A DNA stretch of 64,000 bases from a virus. Shown piece by piece: positions 10,081 through 20,027 of this stretch (its first letter is position 1; every line of letters starts with the position of its first letter). The stretch covers positions 36,075-100,074 of the IMG/VR virus record IMGVR_UViG_3300025012_000045, one strand, 5' to 3'. A program made the translations under genes and the position numbers. The notes under the pieces were generated by a model. It searched no databases. It saw only the letters and a program-made list of their open reading frames with translations, and had not been told where the DNA came from.

Positions 10081-10380
10081 AATATAATCCATTAAAATTA
10101 TGTTTTGGAATTCATATAAGTTTTTAGGTTTTATTTGTTCTTCAAAACGTCTCATAACATCACCGTTACGTGAAGATAAAATATTATAATACATATCATC
10201 AGTTATGACTGTAAATTTATTAGGGTTGTTTCTTTTGACAATATCAAAAATTTTATATGAATATGTGTCAAAATTTTTATTTTCAAACAAATTTCTTAAC
10301 TCTTTGACTTGACTTTTATTAAAATATTTAATACCAAATAAAAAACGATATTGTTTACTTGATTTAATTTTGTTAAACAT
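10009..10380 (-). CDS. hypothetical protein
   Basis: 123-aa ORF downstream of HTH gene. Confidence 0.45.
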   Translation of the reverse strand: MFNKIKSSKQYRFLFGIKYFNKSQVKELRNLFENKNFDTYSYKIFDIVKRNNPNKFTVITDDMYYNILSSRNGDVMRRFEEQIKPKNLYEFQNIILMDYISIEEILKSVEETFSGYKISSKKS

Positions 10381-10429
10381 ATTAAAAAAATTAAAGGGGT
10401 GTTTTATCCGATTAAACTACAGGGACATT

Positions 10430-10657
10430 TTATTCATTATCAAATTCATTAAAAAATTCCTCAAATGTAATATTCAAATATTTACAAATCAAATCCAATG
10501 TTATTATCCCAATATTTCTGTTTGCCAGTTCAATTCTTCCTATGTTTATTCCAGTATCAAAAAAAAATACTTCCTGTGTTATTTTTCTTTCCTCTCTTAA
10601 CTGTTTTATTCTCAAACCTATTTTCTTCAACAATATCTCATTTTTCCTCTTTCCCAT
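10430..10657 (-). CDS. XRE-family HTH transcriptional regulator
   Basis: IGLRIKQLREERKITQE...IGRIE...N....TL..IC..L.IT..EFF. Confidence 0.85.
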   Translation of the reverse strand: MGKRKNEILLKKIGLRIKQLREERKITQEVFFFDTGINIGRIELANRNIGIITLDLICKYLNITFEEFFNEFDNE

Positions 10658-10753
10658 GATAAAAAATTTGTGGGAAAGAACAGATTAAATAAAAAAATTA
10701 TTAAATACCATTTGGTATTTTCAATAATTATGTTTTTCTTTGTCGGTTTAAAA

Positions 10754-11191
10754 ATGAGAAAAAAAAGTCAAAATATATTTTTTCATATTATTTTTCCTTT
10801 ATTTGTTGGGGGAATGATATATATTCTGTTTCGTAATGAAAATCTATTAATGTTCAGATGGTTTGAATTTTGGGGACTAAATGATTTAATATTGAATATA
10901 AGAAGATTGGTTAATGGTATTCAATTATTTGAATGGGTTTTATATTCTTTACCAAATGGTTTATGGATTTATTCTTTAATATCATTTATGATAATATTAT
11001 GGAATAAGAAAATAAATTTGGATAATATTTTATGGTTTATTATAATAATATCATTGGGGATTTTTTGGGAAATATGTCAGGGAATTGAAATTATAAGTGG
11101 TACATTTGATTGGATTGATTTGATTTTTTGTTTTGTTTTATCCGTTATTTCTTTATTTCAAATTAAAATTATTAACCTTAAAAAAATATAA
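10754..11191 (+). CDS. multi-pass membrane protein (VanZ-like)
   Basis: 4 hydrophobic helices, SLPNGLW, EICQ...GTFDWIDL. Confidence 0.7.
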   Translation: MRKKSQNIFFHIIFPLFVGGMIYILFRNENLLMFRWFEFWGLNDLILNIRRLVNGIQLFEWVLYSLPNGLWIYSLISFMIILWNKKINLDNILWFIIIISLGIFWEICQGIEIISGTFDWIDLIFCFVLSVISLFQIKIINLKKI

Positions 11192-11195
11192 AATT

Positions 11196-11459
11196 ATGAA
11201 AACAATAAAACATTTAATTTCGGTATTGATTATTGGGTTTTTTATTATTATAGGAGTAGGAAGTAATAATGATAATAATACAACCAAAACAGAGGAAAAA
11301 GAATATAATTATGTACAATGTTGTAAAAATTGTAAAGGTAAGGGTACTGTTAGAGAATTTAGTAACAAAACTTATGATTGGGTGTACAGTTCTTGTCCAA
11401 ATTGTAATGGTACGGGAGAAAATATTTATAAAGAAAAAGGTCAATGGAGATGTTTGTAA
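11196..11459 (+). CDS. exported DnaJ-type zinc-finger protein
   Basis: N-terminal hydrophobic helix, CKNCKGKG and CPNCNGTG. Confidence 0.75.
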   Translation: MKTIKHLISVLIIGFFIIIGVGSNNDNNTTKTEEKEYNYVQCCKNCKGKGTVREFSNKTYDWVYSSCPNCNGTGENIYKEKGQWRCL

Positions 11460-11501
11460 CTAGAAATTATAAATTCTCCTTTGTTATAAAATCTATAAAT
11501 T

Positions 11502-11762
11502 ATGAAAACAATAAGACACATTTTATCAGGGTTATCTATTATATTTTATATTTTTCTAGGATTTGGAAGTGATGATTCTACTTCATCAACTGATGAAACA
11601 AAAGATAACTCAACAAGAGAAAAAAAATCAACATGTTGTTGTCATTGTTATGGGTTGGGTAAAAGATTAAATGAAATAACAGGTGAATATGGAATATGTA
11701 ATTCTTGTGATGGAACTGGTAAAGATATATATAATGTAACTGGTAGATGTAATTGTAACTAG
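11502..11762 (+). CDS. exported DnaJ-type zinc-finger protein, paralog of 11196
   Basis: MKTIRHILS.L.I.F.I..G.GS, CCHCYGLG and CNSCDGTG. Confidence 0.75.
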   Translation: MKTIRHILSGLSIIFYIFLGFGSDDSTSSTDETKDNSTREKKSTCCCHCYGLGKRLNEITGEYGICNSCDGTGKDIYNVTGRCNCN

Positions 11763-11786
11763 TAAATATAATTATCATTAAAAATT

Positions 11787-12401
11787 ATGAAAAATTTATT
11801 TTTAATAGGATTTCTTATAATACAAATAATAAATACATATTCACAAACATATTCAGTGGAATATATTCGGTCTGAAACAACGAAATACTTGGAAAGATGT
11901 AAAGGAAGTATGTTATATCTTTATGGAGATAAAACTCCTTCTATGTGTAAAAACTCTCCTTACTGGGGTAAGAAAAAAATATACGAGCCAGAGATGATTG
12001 ACGAAACCACCTATTCAGGTAAAATGATCAGATATTTTGAGGGGACAAATAATATTTGTACAATTTCCTATTACTCAACTGGAAAAGAAACCAAAGATAT
12101 TTTATTTCATCCAGATGGGACGATTTATTCAATAATAAAATATCAATATGGGAAAAAAGAAGGGGAAGTAACTTTTGTTGACAGAAAAGGGAAAATAATA
12201 TTAATAGGTAACTATGAAAATGACGACCCTGTTGGTAATTGGTATACTCCTACTTGGTGGGATAATGGTTTTCCTATTACAAGTTCTTATGCCCGTAATC
12301 AATTTCCAGGTGCCATAGATGAAATGGTTCAAATAATACAATTTTATAAAAATAGTCATTATAGATTTATAGGTAATTTAGATATTCAAAATTGTGAATA
12401 A
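11787..12401 (+). CDS. exported MORN-variant (YwqK-like) repeat protein
   Basis: signal peptide; FHPDG..Y..GKKEG...G.Y..D...G.W. Confidence 0.65.
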   Translation: MKNLFLIGFLIIQIINTYSQTYSVEYIRSETTKYLERCKGSMLYLYGDKTPSMCKNSPYWGKKKIYEPEMIDETTYSGKMIRYFEGTNNICTISYYSTGKETKDILFHPDGTIYSIIKYQYGKKEGEVTFVDRKGKIILIGNYENDDPVGNWYTPTWWDNGFPITSSYARNQFPGAIDEMVQIIQFYKNSHYRFIGNLDIQNCE

Positions 12402-12711
12402 ATTATTTCTTTTCATCATTTTATTATTCTCGTTAAAATCAGACAGAATATTTATTAACACTGACTGTTCTTTCAAAGGTCATAAACTATACGGAAAAAT
12501 ACAATATGTTGACAAATTCCCTGACGTTAAAGTACAGGTAGTTGATAATTTTCCAGATTTAAAAGTACAAATAGTTGACAATTTCCCAGACAAGTGTGGA
12601 AAATGGAAGATTGTTAAAGAATTCCCAGACCTTAAAGTTCAAATTGTAAAATCTTTCCCAGATATTAAAATTCAGTATGTTGACAAATTTCCAGGGTTAA
12701 ACAAAAATTAA
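12394..12711 (+). CDS. exported protein with V(D/K)xFPD(L/V/I)K(V/I)Q repeats
   Basis: about 5 tandem ~10-aa repeats. Confidence 0.7.
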   Translation: MNKLFLFIILLFSLKSDRIFINTDCSFKGHKLYGKIQYVDKFPDVKVQVVDNFPDLKVQIVDNFPDKCGKWKIVKEFPDLKVQIVKSFPDIKIQYVDKFPGLNKN

Positions 12712-12715
12712 ATCT

Positions 12716-12991
12716 TTGTCTCTAAAAAAAGAACAAGTCAAAGAATTGTCTGAATTATTAACAGATGAGGATATTTTTATAGTTTTTATAAAACTTGTAG
12801 AATTTTTACAGTCAGAAATTAATGAGTTTATTGGTTCCAATAAAAATGAAATTGTTAAAGATTTTATGAACTCTAGTTTTGTTAAACATGATTATTCTGA
12901 AATATCAAATGAAAATAAAGAAGAAATTTTAAAATTGACCTATTATCACTTAAAACAATACTTTCTAAAAAAACTAGATAGAACAACTTAA
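12716..12991 (+). CDS. hypothetical protein
   Basis: ORF continuing the operon (TTG start). Confidence 0.5.
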   Translation: MSLKKEQVKELSELLTDEDIFIVFIKLVEFLQSEINEFIGSNKNEIVKDFMNSSFVKHDYSEISNENKEEILKLTYYHLKQYFLKKLDRTT

Positions 12992-13174
12992 TTTTTTCAA
13001 TCTATCATTAACGTCTTTAATTATCCAAGAAATTGTTAACATATCATAAAGTATTTTTGATTTTTCCATCTCACATTTGACACCTTTTGTTTTCCATAAA
13101 TAACATGGATGAACTAACATTTTTTCAATAGTATCAGTTTTACAATAATCTATTTTTGGTTTTTCATTTTTCAT
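12974..13174 (-). CDS. hypothetical protein
   Basis: ORF with TATTTATA at 13180-13187 (minus). Confidence 0.5.
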   Translation of the reverse strand: MKNEKPKIDYCKTDTIEKMLVHPCYLWKTKGVKCEMEKSKILYDMLTISWIIKDVNDRLKKLSCSI

Positions 13175-13241
13175 ACACCTATAAATATACAGACAAGGAA
13201 TTTTTTAATATTCTGACAATAACGGAGGACATTAAAACGTG

Positions 13242-13375
13242 TGATAACAAAGGGTTTAAGAAATGGTTTAGGATTGTGTGTGAGGTTATTTTGAATTATT
13301 CACTTACTTTTGTGTTTATATGACAGTTTTGTAATTTTTTAAACCACCACTTCTCAAACCCTTAAAACGTTATTT
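13242..13375. repeat. attC-like imperfect inverted repeat
   Basis: TAAC..GGGTTTAAGAAATGGTTTA / TAAACCACCACTTCTCAAACCC..GTTA. Confidence 0.6.
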
Positions 13376-13437
13376 TTTGTTAAATATTATTTACTTTTAT
13401 TATTTTATTAGTATTTTTGTATTAAATAAGTAATAAA

Positions 13438-13659
13438 ATGAAAAAAAATAAACAAACATTAAGTCAGAGAAGAAGAAAGGCAACAAAACAAAAGAAAAAA
13501 CATGATAAGGATTCTAAAAATAGGCCCAAAAGATTATTAAGTTTTAAAAGGGGACGAGCACAAATGGCATATACTTTCAATAAAAAAAGAATTGAGGAAA
13601 TTCAAAAGATTCTTAAAGAACAATCAGAAGGGAAAGAAAGTATTATTGAAAATAAATGA
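13438..13659 (+). CDS. small basic protein
   Basis: ORF after TAttTTTG 13412-13419. Confidence 0.6.
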   Translation: MKKNKQTLSQRRRKATKQKKKHDKDSKNRPKRLLSFKRGRAQMAYTFNKKRIEEIQKILKEQSEGKESIIENK

Positions 13660-13733
13660 AAGGTCAATAAATAAATGATTTTTTTGAAATTAACTGATAT
13701 TTATATAAATAAAATAATTATTTTTAATTAAAA

Positions 13734-14135
13734 ATGAAAGGAGTAAAAATTATGAAAAAACTGTTTAAAATATTTCTTGGTATTGTAATGTTTATGTTTG
13801 TTACAATACAAGTGAAAGGACAAGATTCAATAGTTGATAATAAATCAATTTCTAATCTTAATGGGGTAATTACTTCATTAAAAGAGTTAAACGATAATAA
13901 TTTAGTAAATATTATTAATACTTTAGAAAAATTATCTACTGAAACATTGGGAGTTTGTCAATTTCAAGAATTATCTTCAAGGGAAAAGGAAGAAGTTGTT
14001 TTTGTTATAGATAATGTTAATTTTACTTTGAGTAAAATTAATTATGGTTCCTATGATAGTGTTATTGTAAATTTGGAAGAAATATTAAAAGAATATAGCT
14101 CATATGGAAATTTGAAAAACAGTATTGTAAAATAA
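13734..14135 (+). CDS. exported hypothetical protein
   Basis: signal-peptide-like N-terminus; TATTTATA at 13698. Confidence 0.65.
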   Translation: MKGVKIMKKLFKIFLGIVMFMFVTIQVKGQDSIVDNKSISNLNGVITSLKELNDNNLVNIINTLEKLSTETLGVCQFQELSSREKEEVVFVIDNVNFTLSKINYGSYDSVIVNLEEILKEYSSYGNLKNSIVK

Positions 14136-14164
14136 AGTATTGCGTCTCAGGGGTGAATGTTATC

Positions 14165-14198
14165 AAGGTTAGATATTAATTTATCTAACCTTTTTTTA
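14165..14198 (+). terminator. intrinsic terminator
   Basis: AAGGTTAGATA/TATCTAACCTT stem plus T run. Confidence 0.75.
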
Positions 14199-14280
14199 TG
14201 CGTTTTTTTGGGAAATAATTGGGTTTTTTTGATTTAATAGATATTTATAATATGAAAAATAATACATCAGTTAATTACTG

Positions 14281-15600
14281 ACATATTCTTTTAATTAAGA
14301 ATACATATTATTAATAATGAAACTTGTAGAACGACATATTAGATTAAATGATAAAGCAATAAAAGATATTTGTTTTAAATCAGCTCGTCTTTATAATTTC
14401 TGCAATTATTATAAACGACAGGCATATTTTGGTAAAATAAGTAAATTCGGGGAATATGAATTATCAAAATTACTTGGTGAATTTAATCAGGAAGATTATA
14501 GAAATTTACCAGCACAAACATCACAACAAATAATAAAATTACTTTTTAAAAACTGGAAATCATATTTTAAAGCATTAAAAGAATATAAGAAGTATCCAAG
14601 TAAATTTAAAGGAAAACCCAAGCCACCAAAATATAAAAAGAAAGATGGATATTTTATTTGTATTTTTACCAATCAGCAAATAAAATTAAAAGATAAGAAT
14701 ATTCATTTTCCAAAACAAACAAATATTAAACCATTAAAAACTAAAGTAAATAATATACAACAAGTTAGGATAATTCCACAAGCAACTTGTTTTATAATAG
14801 AAATAATTTATAATAAAAAGGAGGTAAAACATGAAAACATAAAAGAAGAAAATATTTTAAGCATTGATCTGGGAGTAAATAATCTTATCACAGCAATAGA
14901 TAATGTCGGTAATTACCCTTTCATTATTAACGGTAAAGGATTAAAATCTATAAATCAATATTTTAATAAAAAGAAAGCTAAGCTAATGAGTTATGTTGGA
15001 GACAAAGGTACTTCAAACAAAATAAAAAAATTGACATTTGACAGAAATAATAAGATTGAAAATGCCCTACACCAGGTGAGCAGTTTTATACTTAAATACT
15101 GTTTAAAGAATAATATTGGGACAGTTATTATTGGCAAAAATGAACAATGGAAACAGAAAATAAATATTGGAACAAAAAACAATCAGAATTTTGTTTTTAT
15201 TCCCCATTCTAAACTTATTAATAAAATAAAATATAAGTTGGAACTAAATAATATTAAACTTATTGAGCAGGAAGAAAGTTATACAAGCAAATGCGATAAT
15301 CTAGTATTAGAACCAATACAAAAACAAAAAGTATATCTTGGCAAAAGAATAAAACGAGGCTTGTTTTTAAGCAGCATAGGTAAGGTAATAAATGCAGATG
15401 TTAATGGTGCAATTGGAATAATGTTAAAATCAAAAGTAATTCCTGAGTGTGAAAGATTTATTCAGAACATAAGGAATACGGGGTTGGGGTTTAATCCATA
15501 TAGAATTAATTCTATAAAATCATTTGAACTCAAATGTAATGTTTGATGTAAAAATGAATAACCTCTAACATGTTCTTTTTAATTAAAGAACACATATTAT
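14281..15600 (+). mobile_element. TnpB-only IS200/IS605-family element (ends approximate)
   Basis: tnpB flanked by two related hairpins, 14284-14303 and 15571-15592; no tnpA. Confidence 0.6.
14317..15546 (+). CDS. tnpB: RNA-guided endonuclease TnpB
   Basis: SIDLGVNN, EESYTSKC, NADVNGA, PKPPKYK motifs. Confidence 0.9.
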   Translation: MKLVERHIRLNDKAIKDICFKSARLYNFCNYYKRQAYFGKISKFGEYELSKLLGEFNQEDYRNLPAQTSQQIIKLLFKNWKSYFKALKEYKKYPSKFKGKPKPPKYKKKDGYFICIFTNQQIKLKDKNIHFPKQTNIKPLKTKVNNIQQVRIIPQATCFIIEIIYNKKEVKHENIKEENILSIDLGVNNLITAIDNVGNYPFIINGKGLKSINQYFNKKKAKLMSYVGDKGTSNKIKKLTFDRNNKIENALHQVSSFILKYCLKNNIGTVIIGKNEQWKQKINIGTKNNQNFVFIPHSKLINKIKYKLELNNIKLIEQEESYTSKCDNLVLEPIQKQKVYLGKRIKRGLFLSSIGKVINADVNGAIGIMLKSKVIPECERFIQNIRNTGLGFNPYRINSIKSFELKCNV

Positions 15601-15608
15601 AAATATAA

Positions 15609-16349
15609 ATGGGTTATATAACTAAAATAGATGCGGTCCGCCAACTTAAACAATTTTCCGGTACAACAATAGTTTTAAGTGGTTCCACTAATATTAAAGA
15701 AAATTTAACTGTTATTGGGAATTTCTCAGGTGGGACAATCTCTGGTGGGACATTATTTTCTGGATCATCAGATATAGATACATTATTTATTCATAAAGGA
15801 GTTTATGAGGATTTTTATATTGATGCTATTGGGTTTACTGAATTACAAAATAGTGGAGCAACCCAGAATTCTGAAGAATATACAGGAACATCATTAAATA
15901 CAGATAATTTGATTTCTGATTATTTTTCATTTACAGCCCAAACTAGGGACGAAGCAATACAGGCGAGATTAAAATTTCCAGATATCTGGGATTTGGGAAC
16001 AATAAAAGCTAAAATATATTGGGATACGGATGTTGGTTCAAGAGTAGGCGATGGAGTTACATGGGGAGTTAAGGGTGGGTCATTATCAAATAGTGATGTT
16101 TTAAGTGGAGAAACAATATATGGTACTGAAGTTAATGTTTCTGATACAATAATTAATCCAAAAACTTTACATATTTCATCTGCTAGTACAACAATAGCAA
16201 TAGGGGGGAATCCCATACTGAATGATCTTATTTATTTACAGGTAAGCAGAAAAGTAAATGATGGAAATGATATATCAACAAAAAGTGCAAAATTTCTGGG
16301 AATGTCTATACAATATAAACAAAAATTAACAGGAACAACTCAGTGGTAA
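15609..16349 (+). CDS. putative virion structural protein
   Basis: S/G/T-rich beta-type sequence next to LamG gene. Confidence 0.55.
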   Translation: MGYITKIDAVRQLKQFSGTTIVLSGSTNIKENLTVIGNFSGGTISGGTLFSGSSDIDTLFIHKGVYEDFYIDAIGFTELQNSGATQNSEEYTGTSLNTDNLISDYFSFTAQTRDEAIQARLKFPDIWDLGTIKAKIYWDTDVGSRVGDGVTWGVKGGSLSNSDVLSGETIYGTEVNVSDTIINPKTLHISSASTTIAIGGNPILNDLIYLQVSRKVNDGNDISTKSAKFLGMSIQYKQKLTGTTQW

Positions 16350-16374
16350 AAAAAAATATAAATTAACTTAAATT

Positions 16375-17151
16375 ATGGCATTTACGGTAGCAAAAGGAAA
16401 ATCATTTAGCTTTAGATATAAAAACAATTACTCTTATTTATTTGATGGGGTTAATGAACGGATAAATATTAATTCTGTTAGAACTGCTCTAGCGGCAACA
16501 ACTGTAGGAACTTGGAGTTGTTGGGTTAAACTTGTTGATGCAACACCTGCGGACTTTAGTGTATTTATTTCATTTGCAAATGGGGATACAACAGATATGA
16601 TACAAATTTTAATTAATATTACTACTGGACTATTAAGAGTAATGGGTGTTAATAACGGAATAATTTTGTGGGATTTAAATACGGATGTTGCTCCATTTTC
16701 TGATAATGTTTGGGCGCACGTTGCAATAGTTCAAAATGGGGTTTCGCCCGTATTATATGTTAATGGGGTTGCCCCGGCTCAAACATTTAGTGTTACAACT
16801 GATAAAACAATATGGTTTAATAATTTGGTTTTAAATAATGGAAGAATCGGGGCCAGGTTTTGGGCTGCTGCGGCAGGCGATGGACAATATCCTTTTAACG
16901 GAAATATTGATGAGGTAGGATTTTGGAACACAAATTTAACCTCAACACAGATAAGTGAGATATACAATAATGGAAAACCAAAAAATTTATTAAAACATTC
17001 AGCAAACCAAAATTTGGTTTCTTATTTCGGAATGGGAGATAAAGATACATTTGACGGAACAAATTGGACCTTAATAGATAAAAAAGGAACAAATAATGGG
17101 ACAAGTGTAAATATGGAAGAAAGTGACCGTAAGCAAGACGTACCTGGTTAA
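16375..17151 (+). CDS. LamG/concanavalin-A-like domain protein (tail/decoration)
   Basis: FDGVNE, WSCWVK, WAHVAIV, LYVNG, FNGNIDEV.FWN..L...I..IYN. Confidence 0.85.
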   Translation: MAFTVAKGKSFSFRYKNNYSYLFDGVNERININSVRTALAATTVGTWSCWVKLVDATPADFSVFISFANGDTTDMIQILINITTGLLRVMGVNNGIILWDLNTDVAPFSDNVWAHVAIVQNGVSPVLYVNGVAPAQTFSVTTDKTIWFNNLVLNNGRIGARFWAAAAGDGQYPFNGNIDEVGFWNTNLTSTQISEIYNNGKPKNLLKHSANQNLVSYFGMGDKDTFDGTNWTLIDKKGTNNGTSVNMEESDRKQDVPG

Positions 17152-17209
17152 AAATAATAATTTAATAAATAAGTTTTTTAGTTAATATTTATATAAAAAA
17201 ATAATATAA

Positions 17210-18505
17210 ATGAATAGTAAATTAGATTTTGAAGAATACTTTGATATTGAACTGGCAAATTCAGATGATTATGATAAAAATATTATTAATCGTACAACTC
17301 ATATTGAAGATGATTTGGCAATATATTTTGATACAAATGATTCAAGGTGCTTCTCAGGTTTTAATAGTAATAATTTAACAACTCTTCTTTCTTTAAGTGC
17401 CTGGACTGGTGCCAATATTACAAATAATTTTACTCTTTATGATGTAGGATTAACAGGTATTGATAATGGTAGATTTAAATCATTAACAGGAGAAACTTTA
17501 AATATTAATACAGTAGATACAAAAATTCAATTATTTCAAATTACAGGGAAAACAGGTTCCACATCTTATAATATAACATCAGCAACAACAAACGGATATA
17601 TATATATATCACTTTCAGGGGGTGGAGGTTTTCAAGGATTTTATAAATTAGCAGGATATGACCAGTATAATATTTTCCCAAATAGAACAGAACTTGGATG
17701 GTATGTAGAACAATGGATAAAATATTCTGGTGTTTCAAATAATACAAATTCTAATTTCTTTTTTTATATGGGAGCAAAACAAGAGAATAAATTTTGGAAT
17801 ATTTTCAGTGGCGAGACGGGCCTCACCACAACTTCTGGAATTTCTATAAGTCCTTCTGTAAGCGCCAATACAGATCTGGATTTAAATGGAAATTGTATTG
17901 GATTTAGGTTTTCTGGTTCATCTTTAGGTGTCCGTTGGCTAAGCGGTACAACCGATTGTAATAATAATATAACAGGAATCACAATGCAAGAATCATATTC
18001 AAAACATGGCATATTTGATAATTTTTCTGGAAATTCCGATTCAACAGATTGGATAAATATTGGAATAAGATTTAGAAGATATAATTTAATTGATGATTGT
18101 GCAATAAAAAGTGGAACAACCGCATATAAAGGAGATTTAACATTTTATTTAAATGCCAGGCCAATATATGAAGTTAAAAATTTTGAAGAACCAATATTTA
18201 AATCATTAAACACACATAAAACAAAACAGCAGGGTGTCCCATTTAATTTATCATGGGGTTTTGGAAGTATTGGTTTAAAGGAATCTCAAACTTTTTCTGG
18301 TCCAGATAATTCTGATTCTGGTTTAACAATATCAAATAATTTTGATGGAAATTTAACTGGCGGATTAAGTCAATTAAGATTTTATGTGAAACCCTTATCA
18401 TTAGATAAAATCATTCATAATTTTGAGTTAGAAAAATCAAGATATAATCGTAATGAGAATTTCGGGTCAAGAGTTGTGAGAATAAATCGGGGGATATCCA
18501 CATAA
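17210..18505 (+). CDS. putative structural protein (LamG-like C-terminus)
   Basis: S/G/T/N-rich; GGLSQLRFY..PL....I.HNF; TATTTATA at 17186. Confidence 0.6.
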   Translation: MNSKLDFEEYFDIELANSDDYDKNIINRTTHIEDDLAIYFDTNDSRCFSGFNSNNLTTLLSLSAWTGANITNNFTLYDVGLTGIDNGRFKSLTGETLNINTVDTKIQLFQITGKTGSTSYNITSATTNGYIYISLSGGGGFQGFYKLAGYDQYNIFPNRTELGWYVEQWIKYSGVSNNTNSNFFFYMGAKQENKFWNIFSGETGLTTTSGISISPSVSANTDLDLNGNCIGFRFSGSSLGVRWLSGTTDCNNNITGITMQESYSKHGIFDNFSGNSDSTDWINIGIRFRRYNLIDDCAIKSGTTAYKGDLTFYLNARPIYEVKNFEEPIFKSLNTHKTKQQGVPFNLSWGFGSIGLKESQTFSGPDNSDSGLTISNNFDGNLTGGLSQLRFYVKPLSLDKIIHNFELEKSRYNRNENFGSRVVRINRGIST

Positions 18506-19207
18506 ATGGAAAATTTGAAAGAACAAATATCCAGAATGAAAGAATTGATTAATTATAATATTAATTATGGATATATAAATGAAGAAATGCAGATTTCTGA
18601 TGATTTTAATGAAGAAAATTTTATTTTAGAAAAAGAAAATAGAAGAGTTTATATAGATGTTGGAATTGATATACAAAATGAAAAAGAACATAAATCGTAC
18701 TTAATTGTACTTTTTACTAATAAGCAAGGGTTTGAAGAACTAATGTTTTATTTCATGGTTTTAGATAAGAATGATCGAGCAGTTCCTGGATTAGAAACTA
18801 TTTATGATAGAAAAATAGCAAATAAATATATTCCAGATGAATTAAAGGGAACTGGAAAACTTAAAGATAAAATAATAAAAATGACACAAAAATTATTAAA
18901 TATGGAAAATCCAGCAAGATTTATTGTTCAAACATATGAGGATTATAAAGATGAAAAACAATTAGATTGGCATCAGCCAATAATTGATTTATTATTAAAA
19001 AATGGATATATGCTAAAAAATAAAGGATTAACTTATGATAAAAAAAATTACTACTGGGAATTTGTTCAAGCAACTAAAGAAACATTACCAGAAGGATATG
19101 AGCCAATTAAATGGAAACCAAGAGATAAAGAATTTTATGATAATATTCGTGGGATATCGGAATCTATTGCCAAAAATATAAGAGAAAGAAATAAAAAAAT
19201 TATTTAA
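18506..19207 (+). CDS. leader-bearing hypothetical protein, paralog of 59480
   Basis: LKEQISRMKELINYNINYGYINEE leader. Confidence 0.8.
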   Translation: MENLKEQISRMKELINYNINYGYINEEMQISDDFNEENFILEKENRRVYIDVGIDIQNEKEHKSYLIVLFTNKQGFEELMFYFMVLDKNDRAVPGLETIYDRKIANKYIPDELKGTGKLKDKIIKMTQKLLNMENPARFIVQTYEDYKDEKQLDWHQPIIDLLLKNGYMLKNKGLTYDKKNYYWEFVQATKETLPEGYEPIKWKPRDKEFYDNIRGISESIAKNIRERNKKII

Positions 19208-19216
19208 CAATAAAAA

Positions 19217-19507
19217 ATGAAAATAAGATTAACCGAAAGTCAATTAAGACAATTAATAGAGAATATTATTAAAGAGGAGGATAAAGAATTTTCAACTAAA
19301 TTACTAAGTATTGATCCAATAACTGGTGAAAGGTCTTGGGATGTAAAATATAAAACAAATTTAAATACTATATATAAAGATATTGATGATATTGTAAATA
19401 AAATAGAAAAATTGGTTGTTAAAAATAGAAATGATTTGGAAGCAAAAGAATTATTGAAAATATCCAAATTATTGAGAAATAAATTTTCAAGGTATATATT
19501 AAAATAA
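19217..19507 (+). CDS. leader-bearing small protein
   Basis: MKIRLTESQLRQLIENIIKEE. Confidence 0.75.
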   Translation: MKIRLTESQLRQLIENIIKEEDKEFSTKLLSIDPITGERSWDVKYKTNLNTIYKDIDDIVNKIEKLVVKNRNDLEAKELLKISKLLRNKFSRYILK

Positions 19508-19512
19508 AAATT

Positions 19513-19908
19513 ATGCTATTTACAATTAGAAAAAACAGTACATTACCAATACTTAGAATGAAAATAATTGAAGATTCCAATGTTGATTATAATAAATTTA
19601 TGACTATGTTAGAAAATAGTGCTATCACTTTTTCAATGAGAGATAAATTAACAGGAATTTATAAAATAGCCAATAAAAAAGGAAATATTGTTTTAAGGAA
19701 AAAAAGAGTTAATAATGCCCAACCAGATGAATATTATATTTATTATAAATGGGCAAAAAAAGATGTTGATAAAGCAGGTGTGTTCGAAGGACAGTTCTCA
19801 ATTGATTTTGTTGGTTCAGAAACCGGGAATTTGGTTGTACCAATAAATGAAGAATTAATAATTCATGTTTTAGATTCTTTTACTTTAACAACAGTTACAT
19901 CAGTTTAA
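19513..19908 (+). CDS. BppU-N-like structural/baseplate adaptor protein
   Basis: F.IRKNSTLP...Y.W...D....G.FEGQF.I.F......VP. Confidence 0.55.
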   Translation: MLFTIRKNSTLPILRMKIIEDSNVDYNKFMTMLENSAITFSMRDKLTGIYKIANKKGNIVLRKKRVNNAQPDEYYIYYKWAKKDVDKAGVFEGQFSIDFVGSETGNLVVPINEELIIHVLDSFTLTTVTSV

Positions 19909-20027
19909 AAAAATGAAAAAATAAGTAATTTTTCTAATATTTAAACTATTTATATAAAAAAATCTTGTCCTAAATATAGTATATGAATGGGACAAATAAA
20001 TAATTTAATAAAATTAAAAAATATATT

